Origin: Propionibacteriaceae bacterium
GTDB lineage: Bacteria; Actinomycetota; Actinomycetes; Propionibacteriales; Propionibacteriaceae
Length of the DNA: 24,000 nt
Assembly (NCBI GenBank): GCA_035253925.1
Contig: DATFBI010000007.1
Span: forward strand, 1-24,000
Direction of reading: 5' to 3'
The notes under the pieces were generated by a model, which saw only the letters and a program-made list of their open reading frames with translations, had not been told where the DNA came from and did not search any database. Position 1 is the stretch's first letter; every line of letters starts with the position of its first letter. Made by a program: the position numbers and the translations under genes. Shown piece after piece: positions 1 to 9,695 of this stretch.

Positions 1-447
1 GTGGTCGGTGAAGATCGGTGGACCAAACCCTTGGTAGAAGGCAAGACCATCGGCGAAGTAGGCGATGCCTTTGACGGTGACCTGCTCGGCGAAGACCCTA
101 AGTCCGCAACTATAGCGGCGGCCGATGAGGCGTTGAATGCCGTCGCCGAAAGGCTTCCGGCAGGTGGAAAGGTGCACCTTTCCTACGGCGAGGAGGACAT
201 TGAGGAATACGTTCGCCAGCTCGTTGCTGAGCACGTCATTCACGGCTGGGATTTAGCCGTTGCGACTGGTCAACATCGCACGCTTGACCCCGAGCTAGTG
301 GCGGAGGTTGCCGCCTGGTTCCGCGACCGCGAAAACGGTTATCGGGATGGCGGATCGATAGCAGAAAGGCCAACCTCAGCGCAGGGTGGCGACCCGCAAG
401 CTGATCTGTTGATTGCCTTCGGGCGTAATCCCGATTGGGCGCCTTAA
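1..447 (+). CDS. TIGR03086-like / mycothiol-dependent maleylpyruvate isomerase (DinB-like) metal-binding family protein, C-terminal part; 5' end probably outside the window
   Basis: Open from window base 1 to TAA at 445-447. Protein has LVAEHVIHGWDLAVATGQ and C-terminal LLIAFGRNPDW, typical of this family. Confidence 0.6.
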   Translation: MVGEDRWTKPLVEGKTIGEVGDAFDGDLLGEDPKSATIAAADEALNAVAERLPAGGKVHLSYGEEDIEEYVRQLVAEHVIHGWDLAVATGQHRTLDPELVAEVAAWFRDRENGYRDGGSIAERPTSAQGGDPQADLLIAFGRNPDWAP

Positions 448-1178
448 CCGGTGTATGCGCTCACGCCGAGTAAGCGGTCGACTGTGGTGAATCGATAACC
501 TCGATCCGCCAGCCGTTCGATCAACGGGCCCACCGCCGCCACGCTTTGATCTCGCAAACCACCACGTGCCTCACGCCCGTCATGAAAGATCAAGATCGCA
601 CCAGGTCGCGCGAGCCTGGCAGCTGAATTGGTCAGGCTGACGGCGGCCGGCTGGAAGATTTCCAGAGGATGAACGAAGGTTCCGGATACAACCTCGAGTC
701 CGTGCTGCCGCAGACTGCTCAATACCCAGGGCCAATGGCAAAGCCAGGGCGGCCGATAAAGCGCTGGCGTCACCCCGGCGACCGAGTAGAACACTTCCTG
801 GGAACGGCTGATCTCGATCTCTTGCCGGGGCTGCTTGAAATAGCTAGTGAGCGAGTGGCTGTAGCTGTGATTGCCCAGTACGTGGCCGCTCTGAACCAGG
901 CGTCGGGTGGTGGATGGAAAACGTTGTGCGCAACGCCCGACCTGGAAAAACGTCGCTTTCACCTGGTAGGCGTCCAAGGTGTCGAGCAGGCGGGAGGTAT
1001 AGGGCTCGTTAGGCCCGTCATCGAAGGTCAGCGCGACAACTTTTTCCTCGGTCTCGATCTCGTATGGAAATGAGCCGAAGATCTGGGAGCGCGGTCGGAA
1101 GCCGGTCCAGTACACCGCGGCCCCAACCGCGGATACGCCGAGTGCAGCGGCCCGCACCGCTACTGCGAGTCGGTTCAC
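444..1178 (-). CDS. Polysaccharide deacetylase (NodB homology domain) with N-terminal hydrophobic segment
   Basis: VVALTFDDGPNEPYTSRLLDTL, ATFFQVG, HVLGNHSYSH, YRPPW and ILIFHDG motifs. ORF track starts at 1262; a GTG at 1178 overlaps the upstream glycosyltransferase stop (GTGA), so I prefer it as start. Confidence 0.85.
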   Translation of the reverse strand: MNRLAVAVRAAALGVSAVGAAVYWTGFRPRSQIFGSFPYEIETEEKVVALTFDDGPNEPYTSRLLDTLDAYQVKATFFQVGRCAQRFPSTTRRLVQSGHVLGNHSYSHSLTSYFKQPRQEIEISRSQEVFYSVAGVTPALYRPPWLCHWPWVLSSLRQHGLEVVSGTFVHPLEIFQPAAVSLTNSAARLARPGAILIFHDGREARGGLRDQSVAAVGPLIERLADRGYRFTTVDRLLGVSAYTG

Positions 1179-1638
1179 GGGTTGTGCCAGGAATCGACCA
1201 GACGGTCGAACAGGAATGTGGGGTATGCCTTCGCCCACCATGAAGGGTTCTCGTACCGGCACGGACCGGCAACAGCGATGACCTGCTCGGAAGCGGCGAA
1301 GCCAGCATCGATCGTGCGCAACCAGTCTCGCGGCTGAATAGTGTCGGCGTCGGTGGAAATGATGATCTCGCCGCGGGCATGATCAGCTCCCCGCTGCCGG
1401 GCTGCGCAGACGCCTTGCCGGAGTTCCCTGACGACAGGTACGCCACACCGCGCAGCCACGGCCGCAGTGTCGTCGGTGCTGTTGTTGTCTACCACGATGA
1501 TCTCGTAGTCCCGTCGTAATCTTGGTGCTGCAACGGATGCAGTGCGCGGCATAAATAGGCCGCTTCGTTGTAAGCCGGGATGATGATCGAGAACCGCAGG
1601 TGATCGCCCCGCTGATCCATCCCCACTCCTTCGCTCAT
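1175..1638 (-). pseudogene. Family 2 glycosyltransferase, frameshifted and short at the C-terminus
   Basis: N-terminal part FSIIIPAYNEAAYLCRALHPLQHQDYDG is in one frame; the continuation DYEIIVVDNNSTDDTAAVAARCGVPVVRELRQGVCAARQRGADHARGEIIISTDADT is in another. The break is at a CCC run at 1510-1512 (GGG on the coding strand). Confidence 0.75.
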
Positions 1639-1810
1639 CACCCCGCGCCGCGCCGTGGTAACTCCACCCATTGGTGTGTAGCCAGCACAACACTTTAGGG
1701 GAAGCGACCTTCCGCCGCCGGAGGTCTGATAAGAACGGTCGAATCGTCTAGAGAAACAAGAAGGGTCATTTCCGGCCGCAACAAGAATGATCAGGCTTAA
1801 TGGCAGCCCC

Positions 1811-3463
1811 TCAGATCCAACTCCTAAACCACATTCGCGACAGCCATTTCGGATAAGGCAAGAGTTCGTCAGTGAGGATTGGATAGATATAGGCAAAATT
1901 GGCAGCGACAAGGGCCACGAACGCTCCGATGACGATTGCGGCGACCATACGTCGATCTCCCGCTTGAGCGTCGCCCAGCATCCATCCGGCACATAGTGCC
2001 ACGGCCATTACCGAGAACGGGATGATCGAGGTCGCGTAGAAGAAGAACAGCGGACGAGAATCGAATACGAACCACGGCAGCCAGCTGCTCAAGACACCGA
2101 CCACCGGAATTCCGAAGCGCCAATCCCGGCCCCCTACCCATAAGATTGCTGCGGCAACTAGTGCGAAGACTGCAACCCACCACAACGCTGGTGTTCCGAT
2201 ACCGCTGATCACTCGTATGCAGTTGTCAGGCCCAAGGCAGCCGTCGGTTCCTGGCTTAATGCCGTTGACGGCGTCGATCCCGATCGGGCGTGCCACGATG
2301 AGCCAGCCGGCGGGATCGGCGCGGTAGGTGTGCTGCGCATTGTTGATGAAGTCGCCGGTGTGAAAGTTCCAGATGTCGTACTGGTAGTGCAGCAGCGATG
2401 CCAGCGGTTTACCGAGCAGGCGAACCGTGACATGCTCCGGATGCTGTTCTCCCCACATTCGGCCGTAGCCTCCGGTGCTCATCAACCAGCTGGCCCAGGT
2501 ACCGACGTACACCACCAGGCTCACGACGACTATGGAGAGAAAGGCGGGTATGCCGTCTCGGAAAATCGCGAACTTGGCCCGTGATCCGGCGCCGGCGAGG
2601 CGTCGCGCGCCTACGTCCCAGGCCAGTGAGAGCAGCGCAAACGCGGCAAGTGGAAATAGTGCGTTCCATTTAGTTCCTAGGGCTAGTCCGAAGCAAAGCC
2701 CAGCGGCGATGCGCCACGGACGCAGAATCAAGGCAGGGCCGAACCGGCCACCAAGATCAGGAAGCTCGCGACGCTCAAGATAGCGGGCAAGTCGATTTCG
2801 GAACCATTCACGGTCAGCGACCAGGCAGGCAACCGCAGCCACCAAGAAGAAGGCCATGAAGATGTCGAGCAGCGCGATACGTGACATCACGAATTCAAGC
2901 CCGTCGAAGGTGAGCAAGATACCGGCTAGGCCTCCGATCATGGTCGACTTGGAAACCCGGCGGACCAGCCGGATGGTGATCATGATCAGGAGAGTGCCGA
3001 AGACCAGGGACGCAAACCGCCAGCCGAAGGAGTTCATGCCGAACAGCTGCTCGCCGCCGGCGATCAGCCACTTCCCAAGCTGGGGATGTACGACGAATGC
3101 GCCAGTGTCCTGCATAACATTGACGTCGCCGTTGATGATCTTGGCGTTGGCGTCGCTCGGCCAGTCACGCTCGTAACCGAACTTCAGCAGCGAGTATGCG
3201 TCCTTTGCGTAGTAGGTCTCGTCGAAGACGAGCTTGTTCGGATAACCGAGGTTGACGTAACGGATGACAAAGGCGATTGCGCCGATGATCAGGGTCACGA
3301 TCCAGCCATTGATGCGATCGGTCGGCATCGCGACCCGCAGCCGCTCGATAGTGCTCGGCGGATTCGGTGGCCAGTCTGGCAGGACAGACCCTGTTGAGCC
3401 TCGAATGACGGCGTCGGCCGGTATCAGCAACCCTTTCTCAGACTCCAGGACCTGGCGCGTCAC
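1811..3463 (-). CDS. pmt: Protein O-mannosyltransferase (PMT / GT39 family) integral membrane protein
   Basis: PTDRINGWIVTLIIGAIAFVIRYVNLGYPNKLVFDETYYAKDAYSLLKFGYE and many TM segments. Start uncertain: GTG at 3463, TTG at 3430 or ATG at 3328 are possible. The ORF-track extension to 3874 runs antisense into rsmI and is not credible. Confidence 0.88.
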   Translation of the reverse strand: MTRQVLESEKGLLIPADAVIRGSTGSVLPDWPPNPPSTIERLRVAMPTDRINGWIVTLIIGAIAFVIRYVNLGYPNKLVFDETYYAKDAYSLLKFGYERDWPSDANAKIINGDVNVMQDTGAFVVHPQLGKWLIAGGEQLFGMNSFGWRFASLVFGTLLIMITIRLVRRVSKSTMIGGLAGILLTFDGLEFVMSRIALLDIFMAFFLVAAVACLVADREWFRNRLARYLERRELPDLGGRFGPALILRPWRIAAGLCFGLALGTKWNALFPLAAFALLSLAWDVGARRLAGAGSRAKFAIFRDGIPAFLSIVVVSLVVYVGTWASWLMSTGGYGRMWGEQHPEHVTVRLLGKPLASLLHYQYDIWNFHTGDFINNAQHTYRADPAGWLIVARPIGIDAVNGIKPGTDGCLGPDNCIRVISGIGTPALWWVAVFALVAAAILWVGGRDWRFGIPVVGVLSSWLPWFVFDSRPLFFFYATSIIPFSVMAVALCAGWMLGDAQAGDRRMVAAIVIGAFVALVAANFAYIYPILTDELLPYPKWLSRMWFRSWI

Positions 3464-3544
3464 TCGCCCATCGTAGGTGGCTTCGATCAGCGGAATGTGC
3501 CAACGACCACCCTCTGTCACAGCATGGTCTGAGAGTGTGGGGCA

Positions 3545-4414
3545 GTGGCCCCGGAAGACTCCGCAGGCGTCGTTGTCCTGGCTGCGACGCCAATCGGTGA
3601 CGTCGGCGATGCATCGCCACGGTTGGTAACTGAGCTGACTAATGCCGATGTGATTGCTGCGGAAGACACCCGCCGACTGCGGCGGCTGCTGGTACGCCTG
3701 GGAGTCGGGACGAAGGCACGAGTCGTGTCGTACTTCGAGGGCAACGAAACCAGCCGCACCGATGACCTGGTGCGGCTGCTCGAGCAAGGGGCTCGAGTGG
3801 TGGTAGTCACTGATGCTGGAATGCCGTCGGTTTCGGACCCCGGTTACCGACTGGTCGCCGCCGCGGTGGCGCACGGCTTCCGGGTTACGGCGGTGCCAGG
3901 GCCATCCGCAGTGCTGACAGCGTTGGCTGTGTCCGGGCTCCCGGTTGACCGGTTCTGCTTTGAGGGGTTTCTGCCACGTAAGGCTTCCGAACGTATGCGG
4001 CGGCTAGCCGAATTGGCGACCGAGCCGCGCACCATGGTCTTCTTCGAAGCTCCTCACCGCGCTGCCGCGACACTGTCGGCGATGGCGCTGGTCTTTGGAG
4101 CCGACCGGCCTGGCGCGGCTTGCCGAGAGCTCACCAAGGTTCACGAGGAAATTCGCCGCGGTTCGCTTCAGAAGTTGGCGGAATGGGCCAACTCAGAAAT
4201 GCGGGGCGAGCTGACTCTCGTGATTGGCGGTGCAACCGCGCCGACTGCCGATCTGGAGTCCGCGGCCAAGGAGGCGGTTGGCCTGGCGGCTGGCGGGATG
4301 AAGTTGAGGGCGGCGGTCGCGCAGGTTGCGCGGCAGCAAGGTTTGGCAAAGAACGCGCTCTATGATTTCGCGCTGAGAATAAGTCAGTCACGTCGCGATC
4401 AAGTGCAGAGTTGA
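3545..4414 (+). CDS. rsmI: 16S rRNA (cytidine(1402)-2'-O)-methyltransferase
   Basis: VVVLAATPIGDVGDASPRLVTEL, ADVIAAEDTRRLRRLL, VVVVTDAGMPSVSDPGYRLV, VPGPSAVLTALAVSGLP, FCFEGFLPRK; SAM-dependent tetrapyrrole methylase fold. Confidence 0.95.
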   Translation: MAPEDSAGVVVLAATPIGDVGDASPRLVTELTNADVIAAEDTRRLRRLLVRLGVGTKARVVSYFEGNETSRTDDLVRLLEQGARVVVVTDAGMPSVSDPGYRLVAAAVAHGFRVTAVPGPSAVLTALAVSGLPVDRFCFEGFLPRKASERMRRLAELATEPRTMVFFEAPHRAAATLSAMALVFGADRPGAACRELTKVHEEIRRGSLQKLAEWANSEMRGELTLVIGGATAPTADLESAAKEAVGLAAGGMKLRAAVAQVARQQGLAKNALYDFALRISQSRRDQVQS

Positions 4415-4417
4415 CGC

Positions 4418-5242
4418 GTGGAGCTACCTGACCTGCCCAATCCGCTGCCCGCGCCGGTAGTCGACTCGCATTGCCATCTGGATTCCACGCAGGCCAAATC
4501 TGGTCTGCAGCCTGAGGACGCGATCCGGCTGGCCGCTGAAGTGGGCGTAGCCAGAATCGTCCAGATCGGCTGTGACCCGGAAGGCTGCCGCTGGGCAGTG
4601 GAGGCTGCGGAACGTTGGACGTCGGTGGTTGCCGGAGTTGCCATCCATCCCAACGACGCCGCGCGAATGGGCGGCAATCTAGAGCGGGGTCTCGAGCTAG
4701 TGGAGTCGCTGGCCCAACGGTCCCGAGTCAGAGCGGTGGGGGAGACTGGGCTGGATTACTTCAGGACGCCCGATGCCAAGGGTCAGGCGGTGCAGCAGGA
4801 AGCATTCGCGGCTCACATCGCCTTCGCCAAGGCGTACCACAAGACCCTCGTTGTCCATGATCGCGACGCTCACCACGACATCTTCGGTGTGCTGGATTCA
4901 GAGGGTCCGCCAGCTCGGATTGTGATGCACTGCTTTTCCGGTGATGATCAATTCGCGCGGGACTGCCTGGACCGTGGCGCCTACCTTTCCTTCGCAGGCA
5001 CGATCACGTTCAAGAACAATGATCATTTGCGGGATGCCCTCGCTCTCACCCCCCTTGATCGAATACTGGTCGAAACCGATGCGCCCTACCTAGCCCCCAT
5101 GCCGGTACGGGGCAAGCCGAACGCGTCTTATCTGATACCCCATACCGTCCGATTCCTCGAGGCCTTGCTCGGAATCGATTTGGAGCGCGTGTGTCAGGCG
5201 CTCAATGACAACGCGGATGCGGCTTTTGGCGGGAGCTGGTAG
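4418..5242 (+). CDS. tatD: TatD family metal-dependent hydrolase / deoxyribonuclease
   Basis: VVDSHCHLD, AIHPNDA, AVGETGLDYFR, QEAFAAHIAFAK, LVVHDRDAHHD, VMHCFSGD, LVETDAPYLAP motifs. Confidence 0.93.
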   Translation: MELPDLPNPLPAPVVDSHCHLDSTQAKSGLQPEDAIRLAAEVGVARIVQIGCDPEGCRWAVEAAERWTSVVAGVAIHPNDAARMGGNLERGLELVESLAQRSRVRAVGETGLDYFRTPDAKGQAVQQEAFAAHIAFAKAYHKTLVVHDRDAHHDIFGVLDSEGPPARIVMHCFSGDDQFARDCLDRGAYLSFAGTITFKNNDHLRDALALTPLDRILVETDAPYLAPMPVRGKPNASYLIPHTVRFLEALLGIDLERVCQALNDNADAAFGGSW

Positions 5243-5245
5243 CCC

Positions 5246-5842
5246 ATGGAGTTCGCGGAGGTACTGCGTCGGCGCCGGATGATCCGTTCCTACACCACCA
5301 GGCCTGTGCCGCCGGATGCCCTGGAGGCGGTGCTTGCGGCAGCGCTCAGGGCACCATCCGCAGGCTTCACGCAGGGGATCTCGCTACTTGTGCTGCGGTC
5401 GGCCCGAGAGCGGGACGCTTTCTGGCGCGCCTGCGAAACCGCCGACAGCTCCTGGTTGCGGGGCATGCAGCTGGCACCCGTTCTGATTGCGGTTTGGACT
5501 TCGCAGGAGACCTACCTGGATCGGTACGCCGAGCCAGACAAAGGCTGGAACGACCGAGATCCGGCACGCTGGTCAGCGCCGTACTGGTTCATCGACGCTG
5601 GAATGGCCAGCATGGCTGCGCTGCTGTCCGCAGTCGACCACCATCTCGGGGCATGCTTCTTCGGCATTCCGGCCGATCGCATTGCGGCGGTACGCCAAGC
5701 ATTCGGTGTGCCAGCGAGCCAGCTGAGCGTCGGGGTAATCAGTCTTGGTTATCCGGCGGCGTCCGAGACGCGCATTATGGGCTCGCCAGCGCGACGGTCC
5801 CGGAAAGACGCAGCTGAGCTCATCCATCGGGGCGTTTGGTAA
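5246..5842 (+). CDS. Nitroreductase family protein
   Basis: FAEVLRRRRMIRSYTTRPVPPDALEAVLAAALRAPSAGFTQG at the N-terminus; GMASMAALLSAVDHHLGACFFGI and VGVISLGYPA toward the C-terminus. Confidence 0.88.
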   Translation: MEFAEVLRRRRMIRSYTTRPVPPDALEAVLAAALRAPSAGFTQGISLLVLRSARERDAFWRACETADSSWLRGMQLAPVLIAVWTSQETYLDRYAEPDKGWNDRDPARWSAPYWFIDAGMASMAALLSAVDHHLGACFFGIPADRIAAVRQAFGVPASQLSVGVISLGYPAASETRIMGSPARRSRKDAAELIHRGVW

Positions 5843-5853
5843 CGATTGGTTCA

Positions 5854-5973
5854 GCCGCGAGCGTCGGGAAATCCCGCACCGCCGTGCTGAGGAGGAGGGA
5901 GCGGAGGCGTTCTTTCCTCCGCGAGCGACGACGAAGTAGGTGGATTCCATGCGCGATTGCGCGAGCAGCTCAA
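5854..5973 (+). repeat. Structured intergenic repeat, copy 1
   Basis: 120 nt, ungapped match of about 109/120 to 9014-9133. Has AGCCGC...GCAGCT ends (one mismatch) and internal hairpin CGGAGG-CGTTCTTT-CCTCCG. Confidence 0.8.
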
Positions 5974-6020
5974 CGGCGGCGTCGGCTAGGCATTTTTGGC
6001 GCACGGCGGGGGTCCTCCGT

Positions 6021-6026
6021 TATAAT
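6021..6026 (+). promoter_or_regulatory. Candidate -10 element (TATAAT) upstream of rpfB
   Basis: Perfect TATAAT in a GC-rich intergenic region, with a weak TTGGCG at 5996-6001 (19-nt spacer) and about 58 nt before the preferred GTG start. Confidence 0.35.
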
Positions 6027-6084
6027 TTCGTGACAGTTGACATCGAGGTCCAGATCACTGACGGACCGACTCGGGGGAATTGCT

Positions 6085-7200
6085 GTGCGCAAGATCATTC
6101 CTGTGGTCGCCGCTGGAGCGACCGCACTAGCGCTGGCTGGGACAACTTTCGGCTACGCGAACCTCAACAAATCCGTGACACTCTCAGTCGACGGCCAAAC
6201 CACAGAACTTCGAACCAGCGCTGACACCGTGGCGGCGCTGTTGCAGAGCAGGGGAATCGATGTTAGCGGCCACGACGTGGTGGCACCCGGCTTGGATGCC
6301 GAGATAGCGGAGGGTACTCGGGTCGCAGTGAAGTTCGGCCGCCAGGTCACCTTCACCATTGATGGCGCAACGCAGACCATTTGGACTACTGCAACGACAG
6401 TCAATGATGCGCTCAACGCACTGACTGTTGATCTTTCCGGCGCAGAGCTGTCCACCAGTCGCAGTTCGAGCATCGGACGCGAAGGCCTGACTATCGTGAT
6501 CGCCACGCAGAAGAAGATCATCATTATTGATGCGGGCAAGAAGCGCACGATCACAACCACCGGACAAACGCTGGCCGATGCGTTGGCGGCAGCCAAGATC
6601 AACGTGGATGGTGATGACAAGCTGAGCGCCAGCCCGAAGACTCGCCTGGTCAACGGAGCGAAGTTCACCTTTACTGACGTTGAGGTCAGATCCAAGACCA
6701 AGAAGGTCAAGGTGGACTTCGATACCGTTCGCAAGGAGTCAAGCACGCTCCGGAAGGGTGTCACCAAGGTCGACACGCCTGGCGAGCGGGGTGTCCGTGC
6801 GGTGACCTACAAAATCGTTCGGCACAACGGCGAGATCGTCAAGCGCACTAAGATCAAATCTAAGTTGATCGACAAGCCGGTGACTGAGGTGATCTTGGTT
6901 GGTACTAAGAAGACTACGACTGCCCCAACGAGGAAGAGCTCTTCCGGCTCCAGCACGCCGTCAGGCAGTGTCTGGGACAAGCTCGCCGAATGCGAGTCCG
7001 GCGGCAACTGGTCGATCAACACTGGGAACGGCTACTACGGCGGCCTGCAGTTCAGCCTTAGTACCTGGCGTGCGCACGGCGGCTCTGGCATGCCTCATCA
7101 GGCGAGCCGTGAGGAGCAGATTCGGATAGCCAAGAAGGTCCAGGCGTCGCAGGGTTGGGGTGCTTGGCCAGCCTGCTCAGCCAAGTTGGGTTTGCGCTAG
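6085..7200 (+). CDS. rpfB: Resuscitation-promoting factor, RpfB-type (DUF348 repeats, G5 domain, C-terminal transglycosylase-like domain)
   Basis: [29 protein letters not shown]5-like [41 protein letters not shown], and [39 protein letters not shown]. Start GTG 6085 preferred; TTG 6037 is the ORF-track alternative. Confidence 0.95.
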   Translation: MRKIIPVVAAGATALALAGTTFGYANLNKSVTLSVDGQTTELRTSADTVAALLQSRGIDVSGHDVVAPGLDAEIAEGTRVAVKFGRQVTFTIDGATQTIWTTATTVNDALNALTVDLSGAELSTSRSSSIGREGLTIVIATQKKIIIIDAGKKRTITTTGQTLADALAAAKINVDGDDKLSASPKTRLVNGAKFTFTDVEVRSKTKKVKVDFDTVRKESSTLRKGVTKVDTPGERGVRAVTYKIVRHNGEIVKRTKIKSKLIDKPVTEVILVGTKKTTTAPTRKSSSGSSTPSGSVWDKLAECESGGNWSINTGNGYYGGLQFSLSTWRAHGGSGMPHQASREEQIRIAKKVQASQGWGAWPACSAKLGLR

Positions 7201-7204
7201 CGCA

Positions 7205-8053
7205 GTGGCGGATGGGCTGCTGGATCCCACGTCGTTACGTGAGCTGGCCAGTCAGCTGAGCCTCCGCCCGAGCAAGCAGCGTGGCCAGAACTTCGTCACT
7301 GACGCGAACACGGTACGACGAATCGTCGCCGCATCTGGGGTCACCGATGACGACACCGTCCTCGAGGTCGGGCCAGGTCTGGGCTCGTTGACCCTCGGCT
7401 TGTTGGAGGCAGTTCATCGAGTGATCGCTATCGAAATCGATGATGTGCTCGCCACGCAGCTGCCTCGTACCGTGGCCGCGCGACTGCCGGAGCGGGCTGA
7501 TGCGCTCACCGTGATCAACGCCGACGCACTGCATGTCGACACGCTGCCCAACTCGCCGACAGCGGTTGTTGCCAACCTGCCCTACAACGTCGCAGTGCCG
7601 GTGCTGCTGCACTTGCTGGCGAGGTTCGAGACGTGGCGTCGTGGCCTGGTGATGGTGCAGGCCGAAGTAGCAGACCGGCTGGCGGCAGGACCAGGATCAA
7701 GAACCTATGGCGTTCCGTCAGTCAAGGTCGCCTGGTACGCCACCGCAATCCGAGTAGGCACAGTGTCGCCGACGGTGTTCTGGCCGGTGCCCAACGTCGA
7801 GTCTGGGCTGGTGGCCATTGAGCGCCGCCAGCAACCGGAGACCAGGGCATCGCGTGCCCAGGTATTCGCCATTATTGATGCTGCTTTCGGTCAGCGGCGA
7901 AAGATGCTGCGCTCGGCACTTGCCGGGCTGGCTGGCTCCTCGGCGGCGGCCAGCGCCGCTATTTCGGCAGCTGGCCTGGATCCCAAAACGCGAGGGGAAA
8001 TGCTGGACGTAGCCGACTTCGCTCGCATCGCTGAGCAGCTTTTCCAGGCCTAG
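7205..8053 (+). CDS. rsmA (ksgA): 16S rRNA (adenine(1518)-N(6)/adenine(1519)-N(6))-dimethyltransferase
   Basis: [57 protein letters not shown]. Start GTG 7205 avoids the overlap with rpfB; ORF track gives 7160. Confidence 0.94.
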   Translation: MADGLLDPTSLRELASQLSLRPSKQRGQNFVTDANTVRRIVAASGVTDDDTVLEVGPGLGSLTLGLLEAVHRVIAIEIDDVLATQLPRTVAARLPERADALTVINADALHVDTLPNSPTAVVANLPYNVAVPVLLHLLARFETWRRGLVMVQAEVADRLAAGPGSRTYGVPSVKVAWYATAIRVGTVSPTVFWPVPNVESGLVAIERRQQPETRASRAQVFAIIDAAFGQRRKMLRSALAGLAGSSAAASAAISAAGLDPKTRGEMLDVADFARIAEQLFQA

Positions 8054-8067
8054 ATAACCTCCCAGTC

Positions 8068-8997
8068 ATGGCGTCAGTTACCCCGCCGACTCTGGCTGGT
8101 GTGCGTGTCCGAGTGCCAGCCAAGATCAACCTTGCCTTGAAGGTAGGTGCACCACGCCCCGACGGATACCATCCGCTGGCCACCGTCTATCACGCGGTCT
8201 CGCTGTACGACGAGGTGGAGGCCACCTGGGCCAACTCCGACGAATTCAATGTGACGGTCTCAGGCGAGGGTGCTGATCAAGTTCCGCTTGATGACAGTAA
8301 TCTCGCTGTCCGTGCCGCCAGACTGCTTGCGCATCACTACGCACCGTACGAGTCACTTGGCGCAAGTTTGTCGATCAACAAGTCGATACCGGTAGCAGGT
8401 GGGCTGGCTGGTGGCTCTGCGAATGGTGCGGCCGCGCTGCTGGCCTGTGCGGTCCTGTGGGACCTCGACGTAAGCCCCGAGCAGCTGAGCGCGCTGGCGG
8501 GTGAACTGGGCAGCGATGTGCCGTTCGCGTTGCTGGGAGGTACCGCCGTCGGAAGCGGCCGTGGCGAGGAGGTGGCTCCGGCGCTGGCCCGCGGTACTTA
8601 CCACTGGGTGCTGACGTTCGGCCACCATGGGCTGTCGACCGCCGCCGTCTACCGGCACTTCGATGACCTCAGTCCCGGCGCGCCGCGGCCAAAGATTCCT
8701 GCTGATCTGATGAATGCCTTGCGTAGTGGTGATCCGAGGTTAGTGGGGGCAGCGCTCAGCAATGATCTTCAGCCAGCCACCTTAGACCTGCAGCCGCAAC
8801 TGCGTACCGTGCTGGAAACCGGACTGGAATATGGGGCACTGGGTGCTCTGGTATCAGGATCGGGTCCAACGTGTGCATTCCTCGTGGACGGGGAGTCGGC
8901 GGCGGTAGATCTTTCTGTGTCCCTGAGCGCCGAGGGTCTCTGCCGGGCGGTGCGACGCGCAACCGGTCCGGTGATGGGAGCTCGCGTGATCAGCTAG
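8068..8997 (+). CDS. ispE: 4-diphosphocytidyl-2-C-methyl-D-erythritol kinase
   Basis: VPAKINLALKVGAPRPDGYHPLATVYHAVSLYD, IPVAGGLAGGSANGAAALLACAVLW, LGSDVPFALLGG; GHMP kinase motifs; adjacent to ksgA. Confidence 0.94.
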   Translation: MASVTPPTLAGVRVRVPAKINLALKVGAPRPDGYHPLATVYHAVSLYDEVEATWANSDEFNVTVSGEGADQVPLDDSNLAVRAARLLAHHYAPYESLGASLSINKSIPVAGGLAGGSANGAAALLACAVLWDLDVSPEQLSALAGELGSDVPFALLGGTAVGSGRGEEVAPALARGTYHWVLTFGHHGLSTAAVYRHFDDLSPGAPRPKIPADLMNALRSGDPRLVGAALSNDLQPATLDLQPQLRTVLETGLEYGALGALVSGSGPTCAFLVDGESAAVDLSVSLSAEGLCRAVRRATGPVMGARVIS

Positions 8998-9011
8998 TGC
9001 GCTGTCGGCCC

Positions 9012-9133
9012 GAGCTGCGAGCGTCGGGAAATCGCGCACCGCCGTGCTGAGGTGGAGCGACCGGAGGCGCTTTTTCCTCTGCGAGCGACGACGAAGTAGG
9101 CGGATTCCACGTGCGATTGCGCGAGCAGCTCAA
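9012..9133 (+). repeat. Structured intergenic repeat, copy 2
   Basis: Begins GAGCTGC (9012-9018) and includes the exact reverse complement GCAGCTC (9125-9131). Has internal CGGAGG-CGCTTTTT-CCTCTG hairpin and TCGCGCA/TGCGCGA pairing. Confidence 0.8.
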
Positions 9134-9145
9134 GAAAAACGGGCG

Positions 9146-9655
9146 TCAGCGATCAGTGCCGTGGCGCGCGAGCAGCAACCGCAAACTGCTCGCCAGTTGA
9201 TCATGGTCTGCAGGGTCCAGGCCATCCACAATCCGACGCTCAGCCGCCATCAGTTCTGCCAATGTGGCGTCTACTGCCTCCCTGCCAGCATCGGTCAGTT
9301 GGACGAGAACACCGCGCCGATCGTCTGGGTGATCCTGCCTGGTAACAAAGCCTCGGTCGGCGAGCCGGTCTACCCGATTGGTCATCGTTCCCGATGTGAC
9401 AAGCGTTTCTCGAAGCAGCTGCCCAGGCGACAGCTGGTACGGCGGGCCAGAGCGGCGTAACGCAGCCAACACGTCGAACTCCCAGGACTCCAGGTGATGC
9501 GCGCTGAAGGCAGCCGCACGGAGACGGTCGAGATGGCGAGCCAGCCGGCTAATTCGGGACAGTACCTCCATCGGCGCAACATCTATATCGGGACGCTCAC
9601 GCCGCCACGCCTCCACAATGGTGTCGACCTCGTCCCGAGTCTGGTGGCCGGTCAC
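9146..9655 (-). CDS. MarR family transcriptional regulator
   Basis: LESWEFDVLAALRRSGPPYQLSPGQLLRETLVTSGTMTNRVDRLADRGFVTRQDHPDDRRGVLVQLTDAGRE winged-helix signature. Start GTG 9655 preferred; ORF track gives 9718. Confidence 0.92.
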   Translation of the reverse strand: MTGHQTRDEVDTIVEAWRRERPDIDVAPMEVLSRISRLARHLDRLRAAAFSAHHLESWEFDVLAALRRSGPPYQLSPGQLLRETLVTSGTMTNRVDRLADRGFVTRQDHPDDRRGVLVQLTDAGREAVDATLAELMAAERRIVDGLDPADHDQLASSLRLLLARHGTDR

Positions 9656-9695
9656 ATCCGGGAGCCTAGACGTGAAGAGTCTTGACGTCGAGATT

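Noticed and set aside
3464-3874. N-terminal extension of the minus-strand ORF 1811..3874
   Set aside because: It runs antisense through the start of rsmI and the translated extension has no PMT-like features. The real pmt start is probably between 3328 and 3463.
5573-6004. Minus-strand 143-aa ORF and other long antisense ORFs such as 16618..17286, 17329..17829, 15394..15816, 20374..20826
   Set aside because: Antisense to well-supported genes or crossing repeats, as expected from high-GC codon bias. No recognisable domains.
5974-6084. Cyclic di-AMP (ydaO-type) riboswitch upstream of the rpf gene
   Set aside because: Known upstream of some actinobacterial rpf genes, but the leader here is too short and I see no matching conserved motifs.
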